A stretch of DNA of 64,000 bases, from the NCBI GenBank assembly GCA_020425695.1, contig JAGQRE010000001.1, forward strand, positions 41,213-105,212, read 5' to 3'. Numbering within the stretch: position 1 is the first letter of the stretch; each line of letters begins with the position of its first letter. The notes below the pieces were generated by a model, which was given only the letters and a program-made list of their open reading frames with translations, was not told the origin of the DNA and searched no databases. This document shows positions 1 to 11,833 of the stretch, one piece after another. Source of the stretch: Planctomycetota bacterium. Lineage in GTDB: Bacteria > Planctomycetota > UBA8742 > UBA2392. The position numbers and the translations under genes were made by a program.

Positions 1-2842
1 CGTCCGGGCTGAAATCCAGAGGTACTGAGCTCGTGATTTCAAACTCTGAAGCCGTCTCTGAGTCTGGATTGGTGGGTTTCACGATAAGCGTTGCACCCTT
101 TTCCTGTAGGGGACGCAACGGGATGGATGTCAGTTGCTTCTCGAGGTCCTTGACGTTTACGGGCTCAAGCAGGGTCAGGCGAATACTCAGAGCTGCACTT
201 GTCGCGAAGTATTCGAAGTTCGGTTCGCCGTCGACCTCTACCGTCTGAGAATCCTTGATGAATTGCTTTTCGACAGCATCTTTGAACTGATTGCGTTTTG
301 CTTCGAGGTCCTTGGCGTCGACGACTGCGACGTTGGATATCGTCAGGGTGTAGGTCTGCCGGTCTCCGGCGGCGTTGTTGGTGTAGTCGCTTTCGACATC
401 CGTGTCCGCTGCGGCCAATCCGCCGAACCACCGTTCGCGGTTGACGCGTGGCGCGTTCGGGTTGTCGTTCCAGTTTCGGTCTTTGGCCAGCCAAAGACGA
501 TCGTAGTCGTCCGGGTTCTCTTCGCGGAACTTCTCCTGGTCCTTGAGCTTGAGCTTCATCGTAACCTTGAGCTCAACTTCCTTGACGCCGGTTGTGCGGG
601 CAATCCAGCCCTCATTCACCATGTAGTCGCCGTAGACCTGCTCAAGGTCTGTGCGCAACATGCGCGTGATCGTTTCCGGGTCTTCGCTTTCCCATTCCGT
701 GCGCATCGGGAAGCGGAAGTCGAAACGGTCCGCCTTGCCGCCCTCGGAGTCGCCACCCAGACGGTACACGGGCTGAATTTCGACATCCTGTGCCCAGTCG
801 TATGGTTCGCCGGTTTCCGGGTTGTTCTTTACTTCGCCAGTGTTCTCGTCGATCAGAAGGTTAGCGATGGTGTCGCGCTCATAGCCTTCCTTCATCTGAA
901 TGCGGAAGGTGTGCCCGCCACGGAATTCAATGCCCAGAACTTCCGAGCCGTGAATCGCCATGAAGCTGCCACCACCGGCGATCAGCACGACAGCGGCAAT
1001 GGCGCCGGGAATCATCCAGCGCAGCCAGTTGATGTTGCGGTTGCGTGCAAAGTTCAGCCCGGCCATCTTGAATTCAGCGTCACGCTTGACGTTCAGGATG
1101 CCTGTAACCATGGCCTTGTAAGCTGCCAGCGCTGTGTAAAGCGTTGCAACGATACCGATGGCCAGTGTCAGGGCGAATCCCTGAATCGGCCCGGAACCGA
1201 CCTTGAACAGGATCAACGCCGTAAGCAGCGTCGTTACGTTCGAGTCAACGATGGCTGACAAGGCATTCTTGAAGCCTTCTTCAACGGCGCCCCGAGTATT
1301 CTGGTTTCGTTCTCGTTCTTCTCTTATTCGCTCGTTGATCAGAATGTTGGCGTCGATTGCCATACCGAGCGTCAACACAATACCGGCGATACCCGGCATC
1401 GTCAGTGTGCCCAGCCCGGCCGACATGGCGCCCATGACCAGGATAACAACCATGATCAGGTTGAAGATTGTCAGAAGGCCGAGCCCGCGATAGATCAACA
1501 GGGCAATCACGAACACGCCGATAGCGCCAACAACGAGTGACCAAAGACCGCGCTTCACGGCCTCGGCACCTTCGCTGGGACCTACGCTTTCCTCACCCTC
1601 AAGCACCAGCTTGACGTTGAGCGAGCCGGATTTCAGCACGTTGATGATGTCGTCGCGTTCCTGCGTGTTGAAGTTACCGGAGAGCTGCACCGAGCCACTG
1701 ATCGTGTCTTCGATCGAGTATGCGCTGTACACCTTGTTGTCGATGATGATGGCCAGCAAACGCGGGTCTTCACCGCCGCTTGCCGCCTTCTTGTGCTTGC
1801 GTGTCAGGTCTTCGAAACGTGCAACCGCGAGGCCTTTCAGGTCGAAGCTTACGGCCATACGACCCTGTTGGTCGTTCGTCGCCTGGATGTTGTCGAGATC
1901 TTTGCCGGTGACGTCGTAATCGTCGATCACCATTACCGGCACGAACTTCTTGCCTTCCGCATTCTCTTTCACGAGAGCGCTGGAGATGTCGTCCTCACCA
2001 ACCTCAAGCCACTTATACTTGTAGCCTTCGTCCTTTGGGTATTCGCCGACGTTGAGCTTGCTGAACTCGCCGTCTTCCCTGGCGAGTACGCGCATTTCAA
2101 GCTTACCGGTGGTTTCCAGCAGTTGCTTGTAGCGTGCGGTTTCAGACGGTGCACTGAACTCAGGCAGCTTGACTTCGAGGCGGTTTTCGCCGAGCGGTGC
2201 GATGTTCAGCTCAGTGATGCCTGTGGTACCAAGACGACGGTTCAAGGTCTCGATGGTTGGGCCGACGAGGTCTTTGTCATCTTTGCGCTGTTTGGCTGTG
2301 TTCCAGGTTTTGTAGTAGCGTGCAAGTGCATCAGCACGCCCTTCATCAAACAAACCCGGGATGTTTGACAGCAACTGGAAGTCTTCCGGCGTCCAGGCGT
2401 CTACCTGAAGCTCGCCGCCTTCGATCGCATCACCAAAATTGGCGCGCGCTTCGGGGCTGAGACGATCCATGTTGTCGCGCAATGGGCCCAGCAGTTCGCG
2501 AATCTTGGCCGCGGCTTCGTCCATGTCCTGCTGCACAAGCATATAGCGAAGCGAGGAACCGCCCTTGAGGTCCTGCCCAAGGTTCCACTTGTAGTCGTGC
2601 AGAGGCCAGCGGAACGTGCTGCCTACTGTCAGGACGTTGTCTTCGTTGCGGTCACGAATCTTGAAGTCAAGGTCGCTGCCTTCAAACTCGTCCGGATCAA
2701 CGACGCCATTGTCGTTTTTGTCGTACTTCTCAAGGAATTCCTGATCAATCTCGGCCGGGTTCGGTGCAGGCTTTGGGATAGCCAGGTAGATGCCGAAAAC
2801 AAGCAAGATGATGGGGTGCCAACGCTTAATGAAGTCCCACAT
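1..2842 (-). CDS. secDF: Protein translocase subunit SecDF (fused SecD-SecF), partial; the C-terminus runs off the window start
   Basis: Manual reverse-complement translation from the ATG at 2842 gives MWDFIKRWHP... It contains SecD/SecF-type TM segments and the conserved LTLGMAIDANILINERIREE motif. A second half with a GIEFRGG-like motif is SecF-like. It lies downstream of yajC. It is absent from the ORF track because no stop falls inside the window. Confidence 0.8.
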   Translation of the reverse strand, partial: MWDFIKRWHPIILLVFGIYLAIPKPAPNPAEIDQEFLEKYDKNDNGVVDPDEFEGSDLDFKIRDRNEDNVLTVGSTFRWPLHDYKWNLGQDLKGGSSLRYMLVQQDMDEAAAKIRELLGPLRDNMDRLSPEARANFGDAIEGGELQVDAWTPEDFQLLSNIPGLFDEGRADALARYYKTWNTAKQRKDDKDLVGPTIETLNRRLGTTGITELNIAPLGENRLEVKLPEFSAPSETARYKQLLETTGKLEMRVLAREDGEFSKLNVGEYPKDEGYKYKWLEVGEDDISSALVKENAEGKKFVPVMVIDDYDVTGKDLDNIQATNDQQGRMAVSFDLKGLAVARFEDLTRKHKKAASGGEDPRLLAIIIDNKVYSAYSIEDTISGSVQLSGNFNTQERDDIINVLKSGSLNVKLVLEGEESVGPSEGAEAVKRGLWSLVVGAIGVFVIALLIYRGLGLLTIFNLIMVVILVMGAMSAGLGTLTMPGIAGIVLTLGMAIDANILINERIREERERNQNTRGAVEEGFKNALSAIVDSNVTTLLTALILFKVGSGPIQGFALTLAIGIVATLYTALAAYKAMVTGILNVKRDAEFKMAGLNFARNRNINWLRWMIPGAIAAVVLIAGGGSFMAIHGSEVLGIEFRGGHTFRIQMKEGYERDTIANLLIDENTGEVKNNPETGEPYDWAQDVEIQPVYRLGGDSEGGKADRFDFRFPMRTEWESEDPETITRMLRTDLEQVYGDYMVNEGWIARTTGVKEVELKVTMKLKLKDQEKFREENPDDYDRLWLAKDRNWNDNPNAPRVNRERWFGGLAAADTDVESDYTNNAAGDRQTYTLTISNVAVVDAKDLEAKRNQFKDAVEKQFIKDSQTVEVDGEPNFEYFATSAALSIRLTLLEPVNVKDLEKQLTSIPLRPLQEKGATLIVKPTNPDSETASEFEITSSVPLDFSPD

Positions 2843-2922
2843 GGATCAAACCTTTGTGTCGCGTCAAATGGCTCGGGGTTAAGCCCTCGGGCCGGGAATA
2901 GTTCGGCTGTCATGGATCGTGT

Positions 2923-3396
2923 CTAGCGCAGCGTCATGGGCGGCGCGCGAGCCGTGTTGTTGAACAGGCTATGGGTTGGTGCATCCAGCCGGGGCGGCTG
3001 GAATAGTGTTTCAAAGCGAGGCGGCGGCAGGTCGAGTGTAAGCAGGCTGCCGCTGATGCCGGTCAGCAGATCGATGCCAGCGTCATTTCCAGGCTGGCCG
3101 GGTGTGGTGTCTTCAAGCACGAGTGAAGGCAACTGAACTGACGGTGCAACAATCGCCTGAAGTACGCTCGTGCTGCCCAGCAGGTCCAGAGACTGCATGC
3201 CTTCGTCGAGATCCTGCCGAAGGTCAGATGCAACGTCGCCGTCCAACTGCGTCAGCTTCTGCAGCATGCGGGTATGGTGAACCGGGTCGATCACCCGAGC
3301 CACGTTGAGCGTATCCCCAAGGTTCAGCGCGGCATGGATGCGCGGCAGATCAACATAGCTCGACAACGCAGCCAGAAGCAGCGTTGCAACAACCAT
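2923..3396 (-). CDS. Hypothetical secreted protein (~157 aa) between yajC and secDF
   Basis: Track ORF 2923..3564 overlaps yajC out of frame. The internal Met at 3396 (MVVATLLLAALSS...) gives a signal-peptide-like N-terminus and a start just downstream of the yajC stop. No recognisable domain. Confidence 0.45.
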   Translation of the reverse strand: MVVATLLLAALSSYVDLPRIHAALNLGDTLNVARVIDPVHHTRMLQKLTQLDGDVASDLRQDLDEGMQSLDLLGSTSVLQAIVAPSVQLPSLVLEDTTPGQPGNDAGIDLLTGISGSLLTLDLPPPRFETLFQPPRLDAPTHSLFNNTARAPPMTLR

Positions 3397-3424
3397 GGAT
3401 TTGCGCCCGCGATCGAACACCTGG

Positions 3425-3775
3425 CTAGTCTTCCTTCTTCTGGTTCGACTTCTTTTCTTCGAAAACCTTCGCAATGGCAAGCAGGCTGTAAACGGAGTGA
3501 ACCTTCTTCTCTTCGTCAACGAGCAGCTTGGCCTCCTGCGCTTCTTTGTCGATCTTCTCGACACGGGCGATCAACCCGCTGTTCAGCATCACCCGTGCGC
3601 CTTTTTCCAGTTCTTCGACCATGTTCTTGTGCGTCTGTTCCTGCCGCTTTTGGCTGCGGCGCATGAAGAACATGAACACGACAAAAATCAGGATGATCAG
3701 GATCATCGGCGCAAAGCCGGCGATCGGGTTCGCGTCGGGTTGACCCTGGGCCAGGAATGTAAGCAGTGTGTTCAC
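3425..3775 (-). CDS. yajC: Preprotein translocase subunit YajC
   Basis: 116 aa with a single N-terminal TM segment, then RRSQKRQEQ...ELEKGARVMLNSGLIARVEKID, which matches the YajC family. Canonical yajC-secD-secF gene order. Confidence 0.8.
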   Translation of the reverse strand: MNTLLTFLAQGQPDANPIAGFAPMILIILIFVVFMFFMRRSQKRQEQTHKNMVEELEKGARVMLNSGLIARVEKIDKEAQEAKLLVDEEKKVHSVYSLLAIAKVFEEKKSNQKKED

Positions 3776-3884
3776 GTTGTCCTCGTTGAGAGATGCCGGG
3801 TGTCCGATATCAGGGGCGTTGTAGCAATCCCGCTAAGCTGTGATCCGGACTATCCGTTCTCTCTTCCTGTCTCGTAACTCTGAA

Positions 3885-6635
3885 CTAGCTATCCAACGAC
3901 CGTTTCTGCTCTTCAATACGGTAGGCTTCAATCAAGTCGCCTTCCTTGAAGTCTTCATAGTTCTTGATCTGGATACCGCACTCGAAACCTTCACGGACTT
4001 CGGCGGCGTCGTCCTTCTCTCGCTTCAGGCTGGTGATAACCGATTCGTAAATCGGTACACCGTCACGCAGCAGTCGCACCTTGTTGTCGCGCTTGATAGC
4101 GCCTTTGGTGACCATGCAACCGGCGACGCGACCAACCTTGGTTACCTTGAACACAGCACGAATTTCAGCCGTGCCCTCGTAATGCTCGATGAGTTCCGGT
4201 GTAAGCAGGCCGGCGAGCGCGTTGCGGATTTCTTCGATCAGCTTGTAGATGACGTCGTAGGTGCGGATATCGACGTGATGGTTATCCGCCAGGTCACGTG
4301 CCTTGCCGTCTACGCCAACATGGAAGCCTACCACAATGCCGCCGGAAGCCTCAGCCAGGTGGACGTCGGTCGTTGTGATCTGACCAACGGCTGACTGAAT
4401 CACCTTCACGCGTACTTCAGCATGCGTGAGTTTGTCGAGCTCCGCCTTGATGGTTTCGGCTGTGCCCTGAACGTCGCACTTGAGAACGATGACCAGTTCC
4501 TTGACGGCCTGACCTGCGCGGGCCTTCGACCAATCCTCAAGGCTGAAGCCGCGGCTGCGGGCCAGTTCGTTCTCCTGCTGGCGGACCATGTTGGCAATTT
4601 CAGAAGCCTTCTTCAGGTCCTTCATGCCGTGGAACAGGCTGCCCGCCTCCGGCATTTCGTCGAGACCGGCGACTTCGACAGGTACGGACGGTCCGGCTGA
4701 CTGGATAACGTGAAGCCCGTCGCCACGCGGCTCCTGCATGGCCCGGACGCGTCCGTAGCCGTGCCCCGCCACGATGACGTCACCACGGCGCAAGGTCCCG
4801 GACTTGACCAGCATCGTTGCGACGATACCGCGACCTGGGTCGCGGTGAGCTTCAAGGACTGTGCCGACTGCCGGCTTCTCAGCCACCGCCTTTAGTTCAA
4901 GCAGGTCAGCGTAGTCAGACAGCACATGTACCAACTTGTCGACGCCTTCGCCGGTGATGCTCGAAAGCTCGATGATTTCCGTTGTGCCACCCCAGTCCGG
5001 AGACATCAGGTTGTAGCCTGCAAGTTGCTGGCGAACTTTCGCGAGGTTCGCTTCAGGCTTGTCGATCTTGGTTACGGCAACCACAATTTCCACTTCGGCG
5101 GCGCGTGCGTGCGTGATGGCTTCGTCAGTCTGCGGCATGATACCGTCGTCGGCGGCCACCACGATAACGGCGATGTCCGTGACATTGGCACCGCGGGCAC
5201 GCATGGCGGTGAATGCTTCGTGGCCCGGCGTGTCGATAAAGGTAACTCGCAGGCGTTTCGTATCAGCCGTGACCTCGGATTCGCTGCGCACGGGCTGGAA
5301 CTGACCATCTTTCTCAAGCAGATCGAGTCGGAAAGCACCAATGTGCTGCGTGATGCCGCCCGATTCCTCGCTGACTCGGTCCAGTCGGGCGATCGCGTCA
5401 AGCAGGCTGGTTTTGCCGTGGTCAACGTGACCCATGATGGTGACGATTGGCGCGCGAACTTCTTCAGTGCCGGCGTCTTCTTCGAACTGCTCGAGCTGCT
5501 CGGCAATCAGGTCTTCGGCGGCCTTCGGTTCAAGGACTGTGATCTCGCGCTCGAAGATGATCCCGATCTGTTCAATGACGTCGGTGCTCAGCGTGTCGTT
5601 GATTCTGAGCAGCGGCAGACCTTCACGAATCATGCGACCCATGATCTCGTTCGTTTTGACGCCCATCGCCTCGGAAAGCTGGCGCAGGTTGATCGGCTGT
5701 TCGACGCTGACCGGCCCGGTCGGCATCTCCGGCTTCTTCTGTTCTTCCTGGTCTTCACGCCTGCGTCCACGCCTGCCGCGACCTCCGCCACGTGGGCGGT
5801 CATAGCTAAGCTGGCTCACTTCAAAGCGTTCACGACGACCGCGCCCGGCGCCGGTGTTCTGCTCACGGAATCGCTCTGGGATGACTTCGCGAGTCTGTTC
5901 ATTCGAAACACGGCCACGACGTTCGGTACGTTTCGCTTCAGCCGGCTTGGCTTCGACGGCTTTGTTGCCGGTGGGGGGTGCCGGTTTGTACTCCGGCTTC
6001 TCTTCCACCTGAACTTCAGCCAGGCGCTCTTCTTGCGTGGTGTGCTTCTGCTTCACCATCGCACGAAGCATGAACTCTTCGTTGGGTGAAAGACCCTTGA
6101 AGCCCTTGCGACCAACCTCAAGACCGAGACTGCGGGCTGTACGGGCGACTTCACGCGGCGATAGTTCAAACTCTTCGGATAGCTTGAATACAATGTCCAG
6201 TTTCTGCGCACGGGCGGGAAGCTGGTCATCTACGTCGTCAGGTGACTCAAGCTCAACGCCCAGTACCTGCGCGACGAAATCAACATGCTCGCCTTTGACG
6301 CCAAGCTTCTTTCCGATGGCGTCTTTGCGGCTTTTCTCAGCGTCTTCGATCGCCTTGCGCTCGGCCTCTGCCTTGGCTTCCGCATCAGCGGCTTCCTTGG
6401 CGGCCTTTGCTTCGGCTGCTGCTTCGGGGTTTGCTTCGGCTACCGGCTCTTCGGGAACGTCGAGCCCGAGGTGTTTCCGGATTTTGCTGACTTCTTCGTC
6501 AGTGAGTTTGGTGATCGCGCCCTTAACGACGATATCTACCTCGGCACATTTAGCCTTGAAGTCCTTCAAGGACATGCCGATGTCTTTGTAGATTTGGTGG
6601 GCTGGTGTCAAAGCCTGCTCTGCTGCCTTTGCCAT
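3885..6635 (-). CDS. infB: Translation initiation factor IF-2
   Basis: G-domain [19 protein letters not shown]...[11 protein letters not shown]-rich N-terminal region. Immediately downstream of nusA. Start chosen at MAKAAEQ (6635), with a GAAGGA-like Shine-Dalgarno sequence upstream. Confidence 0.95.
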   Translation of the reverse strand: MAKAAEQALTPAHQIYKDIGMSLKDFKAKCAEVDIVVKGAITKLTDEEVSKIRKHLGLDVPEEPVAEANPEAAAEAKAAKEAADAEAKAEAERKAIEDAEKSRKDAIGKKLGVKGEHVDFVAQVLGVELESPDDVDDQLPARAQKLDIVFKLSEEFELSPREVARTARSLGLEVGRKGFKGLSPNEEFMLRAMVKQKHTTQEERLAEVQVEEKPEYKPAPPTGNKAVEAKPAEAKRTERRGRVSNEQTREVIPERFREQNTGAGRGRRERFEVSQLSYDRPRGGGRGRRGRRREDQEEQKKPEMPTGPVSVEQPINLRQLSEAMGVKTNEIMGRMIREGLPLLRINDTLSTDVIEQIGIIFEREITVLEPKAAEDLIAEQLEQFEEDAGTEEVRAPIVTIMGHVDHGKTSLLDAIARLDRVSEESGGITQHIGAFRLDLLEKDGQFQPVRSESEVTADTKRLRVTFIDTPGHEAFTAMRARGANVTDIAVIVVAADDGIMPQTDEAITHARAAEVEIVVAVTKIDKPEANLAKVRQQLAGYNLMSPDWGGTTEIIELSSITGEGVDKLVHVLSDYADLLELKAVAEKPAVGTVLEAHRDPGRGIVATMLVKSGTLRRGDVIVAGHGYGRVRAMQEPRGDGLHVIQSAGPSVPVEVAGLDEMPEAGSLFHGMKDLKKASEIANMVRQQENELARSRGFSLEDWSKARAGQAVKELVIVLKCDVQGTAETIKAELDKLTHAEVRVKVIQSAVGQITTTDVHLAEASGGIVVGFHVGVDGKARDLADNHHVDIRTYDVIYKLIEEIRNALAGLLTPELIEHYEGTAEIRAVFKVTKVGRVAGCMVTKGAIKRDNKVRLLRDGVPIYESVITSLKREKDDAAEVREGFECGIQIKNYEDFKEGDLIEAYRIEEQKRSLDS

Positions 6636-6695
6636 ATGGCGCGAAATCCTTCCCCAACTCCTCAATAAGTCCGTTTGCTGCCCTGCGCCGCACTA

Positions 6696-8090
6696 TCACG
6701 ACTGATTGCCTTGCTTCTCTGACGGCAACGGATCTCTCTCCGGTGCCTGTGCTGCGTATTCTGCCGCCCGTGAGAACGGATCGACCGGTGCCGAGGGCTT
6801 CGCCGGCTGGCCGGCGGCCTGTGGTGCGCCGTCCTCTTCTTCCGGTTCCTGGCCCGGCTCGACAAACGAGTTGTCGGCCTTGCGCTGGGCGCCATCGGCA
6901 TGCACGACGTCCGTGATGGTTTCCGCCGGCTCCGGGTTTTCCTGGCAATGCTGGATGATCTGCGCCGCGATATCGATCGTGATGCCCGGCACCTTCATCA
7001 GAGCTTCCGGGCCTGCCGCAAGAATGTCCGCAAAGCTGTCGAAGCCACTGTTGAACAGCGACTCGGCCAGCAGGTCGTCCACGCCCTCGAAGGTCTGGAA
7101 CTTCTCGAGGGTGCGCTTGCGCCAGTCGGTTTCCTGCGTAACGGTGACGATATCCAAGTCCCACTTGACCAGACGGGCCGCGAGGCGCACGTTCTGGCCA
7201 CGCTTGCCGATACTGAGTGAAAGCTGGTCATCCGGCACCACCACGCGGGCGCGGCGATTGTCGTAGTCCAGCGTGATCGAATCAACGCGCGCCGGTTTCA
7301 GCGCGTTCGTGATCAGGATTTCCGCCGATTCGTTCCAGCGGATGATGTCAATCTTCTCGTTGTTCAGCTCGTCGATGATGCCCTTGATGCGCGAACCACG
7401 AACACCGACGCAGGCGCCAACGGCGTCCACCTTCGGGTCATAGCTGGCCACGGCGACCTTGCTGCGGAAACCGGGCTCACGAACGATCGCCTTGATTTCA
7501 ATGATGCGTTCGGCCACCTCAGGCACTTCGAGGTCGAACAACTTCTTCACGAACTCGGGGTGCGTGCGTGACAGGATAATCTTGACCTTCTGGCCCTGCT
7601 TGCGGACGTCAAGAATCAGCCCGCGAACACGTTCGCCAACCTGGTAGCTTTCCGTCGGCACTTGCTCTTTGCGCGGGAAGAATGCTTCCGCGTCGCCAAG
7701 GTTCACAAGGTAGTTCGGGCCTTCCATGCGCTGGATCGTGCCGCTGCGGATTTCGCGGCGCAAACCGATGTACTTCTCATAGATGTTGTCGCGCTCGGCT
7801 TCGCGGTTCTTCTGTACGAAGATCTGCTTGAAGGTCTGGGCCGCGATACGCCCCATGTCGTCGATCTTGACGTCATAGGTGTTGTCGTCGAGATCAGTCT
7901 CGCGGGCGGTGATTTTGCCGTTGGTCGGGTCAACGCTGACTTCCAGCGTGTCCGGGTTTTCTACGCGTTTACGCAGGGCCACAATCATGGCCTGTTCAAT
8001 CGCCATCAGGACCTCGGATTTCTCAATCCCCTTGTCCCGTGCGATCATTTCGACGAACCGCAGCAATTCCGCGCTGTTTACGCCTTCCAT
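6696..8090 (-). CDS. nusA: Transcription termination/antitermination factor NusA, with an acidic/Pro-rich C-terminal tail
   Basis: N-terminal MEGVNSAELLRFVEMIARDKGIEK..., S1 and KH regions, nusA-infB synteny. Confidence 0.95.
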   Translation of the reverse strand: MEGVNSAELLRFVEMIARDKGIEKSEVLMAIEQAMIVALRKRVENPDTLEVSVDPTNGKITARETDLDDNTYDVKIDDMGRIAAQTFKQIFVQKNREAERDNIYEKYIGLRREIRSGTIQRMEGPNYLVNLGDAEAFFPRKEQVPTESYQVGERVRGLILDVRKQGQKVKIILSRTHPEFVKKLFDLEVPEVAERIIEIKAIVREPGFRSKVAVASYDPKVDAVGACVGVRGSRIKGIIDELNNEKIDIIRWNESAEILITNALKPARVDSITLDYDNRRARVVVPDDQLSLSIGKRGQNVRLAARLVKWDLDIVTVTQETDWRKRTLEKFQTFEGVDDLLAESLFNSGFDSFADILAAGPEALMKVPGITIDIAAQIIQHCQENPEPAETITDVVHADGAQRKADNSFVEPGQEPEEEDGAPQAAGQPAKPSAPVDPFSRAAEYAAQAPERDPLPSEKQGNQS

Positions 8091-8117
8091 CTGAACTCGT
8101 CCTGACTGACAAACTGC

Positions 8118-8149
8118 AATAAAAAAGGAGCCAGCCCTACGGCCGCTCC
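8118..8149 (-). terminator. Intrinsic terminator in the nusA 5' leader (candidate attenuator)
   Basis: On the minus strand, GGAGCGGCCGUAGGGCUGGCUCC is a ~9-bp stem with one G.G mismatch and a GUAG loop, followed by UUUUUUAUU. It lies ~30 nt upstream of the nusA ATG. Confidence 0.5.
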
Positions 8150-8176
8150 AGTCAACCTACCAGAAACGTGGCAGGA

Positions 8177-8204
8177 AGTGTAAGCAGCCCCCCTGCCATG
8201 TCAA
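8177..8204 (-). promoter_or_regulatory. Putative sigma70 promoter of the nusA-infB operon (TTGACA-16-TACACT)
   Basis: Minus-strand TTGACA at 8199..8204 and TACACT at 8177..8182, 16-nt spacer. Directly upstream of the leader terminator. Confidence 0.4.
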
Positions 8205-8267
8205 GCAGGGGTAGGGATTTACGGCGACCCAACCAATCCGTGAACGAGCGTCCCGAAAGCTGCCGAA

Positions 8268-8621
8268 TCACTGCGTCACAACAGCCTCAGAATCATCTAC
8301 ATCGCTTGGGGTGGACAGAGCTTCATCAATCAGCTCATACAACTGCATCCCGCACCAGATGATCCCGTAGCCGACGAAAACAACTGCAAGCAGGGCCAAC
8401 GCGCAGAGATAACCCCAGGCTTCTGCGGAGATGGTCCGGTCATATTCTCCCGCACCTCGCTGGATGCCGGATATGTCGGCGGGCGATGCAGGTACATGGA
8501 GAACAGCCGGTGCCGCCTCAGCCAGAGGGTGAGGGAGCCTTGTAGTTGCACAGCCGGAAAACAGAGCAATCACCAGCACGGCCAGCAGTGCCGGCAGGCT
8601 TCGAGGAAAAGGCGCACGCAT
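8268..8621 (-). CDS. Small lipoprotein/membrane protein, hypothetical
   Basis: 117 aa. Signal peptide with a lipobox-like LFSGC, plus a second hydrophobic segment. No recognisable domain. Confidence 0.45.
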   Translation of the reverse strand: MRAPFPRSLPALLAVLVIALFSGCATTRLPHPLAEAAPAVLHVPASPADISGIQRGAGEYDRTISAEAWGYLCALALLAVVFVGYGIIWCGMQLYELIDEALSTPSDVDDSEAVVTQ

Positions 8622-8865
8622 GAAGTGCCCTTCCCGGGGATATGACGGGGAATGTGCCTATTCTGCGCTGGGGGCATGCGAAGATCAACGTGAAATAGAG
8701 TGTTATCGAATTACCTGCAGTAGCGCTCGCTTACCTCATGAAGCAGTGCTTCTCTCCGGCTGCGTTGGCTTCGCCAACTGCTTCGCGCTCAGACGAATTG
8801 GGTAGATGTCCACGCCCTACGACGTGTCGCGATCCTTGCTATAAAGACGTCGTGAAGCGGAGCCA

Positions 8866-10263
<1,398 letters not shown>

Positions 10264-10327
10264 GAGCGATGCCCTTGGGAAGCACTCAATCTGCGCTATC
10301 CTCTCTCTCTCTATCTGAGGAGATCAA

Positions 10328-11833
10328 ATGGTCGATGCCCAAAAGCTCAAAGTTGACCTCACCGACGTAAACTTGTTTGGCAATGACGCGGCAGAACTAG
10401 AGGACGAGACGGTATTCTGGTCTTACGCACTTGAACTACCCGAACTCAAGGCACTCGCAAACCCAAGCAACCAGCTCCAGATTCTACGCGCTTACAAGGG
10501 TGAAGGTAAGTCCGCTCTGTTACGCATGCTTAGCGCAGAACTTCGAAAGAGGAAGGAAGGGACGATTGTCGTTATTGACTCGACTGCCGCCGACTTGTCT
10601 CCGGGTATTGACTCCTTAGACAATGATCAGTGGGTAAAAGGGTGGAAGGCATCAATCTTCGCAACAGTTGCGGCTGAACTCGGAACAGAAGTCGGCGGTG
10701 CATGGAGCGACGATGCCATGCAACTAGTGGAAGAAGCAGAGCGTACCGGCAAGCGCCCGTACGGACTTGTTTCATCCATCTTTAGGCGTCTCAAGTTTTC
10801 GGGTAGTGGTGTCGAGATGGTCGACAGCAACCTCCGTCCAAAAGAAGGGGTGGTCAGACGCAAACTTGACGACAAATCCACTGAAGTTTGGCTACTGCTC
10901 GATGAGGTTGACCGAGACTTTCAGAACACGCTGATCGAGCGCCGCCGAATTATGGGATTGCTTACAGCTTGCCGGTACATGCTACAGAAAGTTCCCCAAC
11001 TGAGAATGAGATTGGCAGTTCGTCCGAACATCTGGGCAACTTTAGCCCAGGAATTCGAGTCGCTAACTCACCTAAAGCAGTACGTAATGGACCTTCACTG
11101 GAATGAGGACGGGATTCGAAGACTTCTTGCACGACGGGTCGAAGGGCACTTCAGACGGCAAAATTTATCATTCGAAGTGGTTCAGCTATTGGAACGCAAT
11201 GCAGATCGGAAAGACCAAACGCTTATAGATCTGGCATTTGAGGGTCCCATGAAGTGGGGAAAAAATGTTCGTCCTCCCCACGTTGTTCTGTCGACACTTT
11301 CTAGATTTAGGCCGAGATGGCTTGTCGAACTGTGTCGGGCTGCCAGCAAACTCGCCGTTCTGCGGAACCATGACAAAATAACAAAAGAAGAAATTACGCC
11401 TTGCCTAGCTGATCTCGGAGACCAGCGAAGGCAGGACACCGTGGCGGAGTATAAGAACTTGTGTCCTCAACTGGCAGAAGTCATGTCAGCGTTTGCAAAC
11501 TCGCGCGAAGAATTCAACACAAGGGAACTCTACCACCTAATCCAAAACAAAATCATCGAGCATGTGCCCGTAGATATTGCTGGAAAAGGAAAAGTTGGTG
11601 TACGGGATGTAGCAGAGCTCCTTTTCTTCGTGGGATTCATTACTGCAAAACGTTCGCATGACAATGGCAAGTATGAGCACTACTCATTCTCACAAAACCC
11701 GACCCTTTTTCAGTCCAGGTCCAATCCAGACCAAGGAATGACATGGGAGATTCACCCAGTATTCCGACAGTCTCTCGGCTTGCGAGATGAAATGGGGCGG
11801 GTAACACGTCGCCAAGATGGTCGCGAGCTGTAG
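10328..11833 (+). CDS. Stand-alone P-loop NTPase (Walker A AYKGEGKS, Walker B VWLLLDEVD), unclassified. It sits in a low-GC insertion.
   Basis: 501 aa. The Walker A motif fits [AG]x4GK[ST] at about residue 55, and an hhhhDE Walker B lies ~130 aa later. The rest is an Arg-rich alpha-helical region. Strong GAGGAG Shine-Dalgarno sequence 7 nt upstream. Two 60-nt samples gave ~47% GC in this gene against ~62% in adjacent purF. Confidence 0.7.
   Translation: MVDAQKLKVDLTDVNLFGNDAAELEDETVFWSYALELPELKALANPSNQLQILRAYKGEGKSALLRMLSAELRKRKEGTIVVIDSTAADLSPGIDSLDNDQWVKGWKASIFATVAAELGTEVGGAWSDDAMQLVEEAERTGKRPYGLVSSIFRRLKFSGSGVEMVDSNLRPKEGVVRRKLDDKSTEVWLLLDEVDRDFQNTLIERRRIMGLLTACRYMLQKVPQLRMRLAVRPNIWATLAQEFESLTHLKQYVMDLHWNEDGIRRLLARRVEGHFRRQNLSFEVVQLLERNADRKDQTLIDLAFEGPMKWGKNVRPPHVVLSTLSRFRPRWLVELCRAASKLAVLRNHDKITKEEITPCLADLGDQRRQDTVAEYKNLCPQLAEVMSAFANSREEFNTRELYHLIQNKIIEHVPVDIAGKGKVGVRDVAELLFFVGFITAKRSHDNGKYEHYSFSQNPTLFQSRSNPDQGMTWEIHPVFRQSLGLRDEMGRVTRRQDGREL

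Noticed and set aside
134-1258. 374-aa plus-strand ORF (and many similar long ORFs, e.g. 4926..6089, 6037..6591, 6550..7164, 21163..21840, 24861..25940, 60855..61850)
   Set aside because: Antisense or off-frame shadow ORFs inside well-supported genes (secDF, infB, nusA, CNNM, ftsH, M23). Low-complexity Ala/Arg/Pro-rich translations typical of high-GC DNA.
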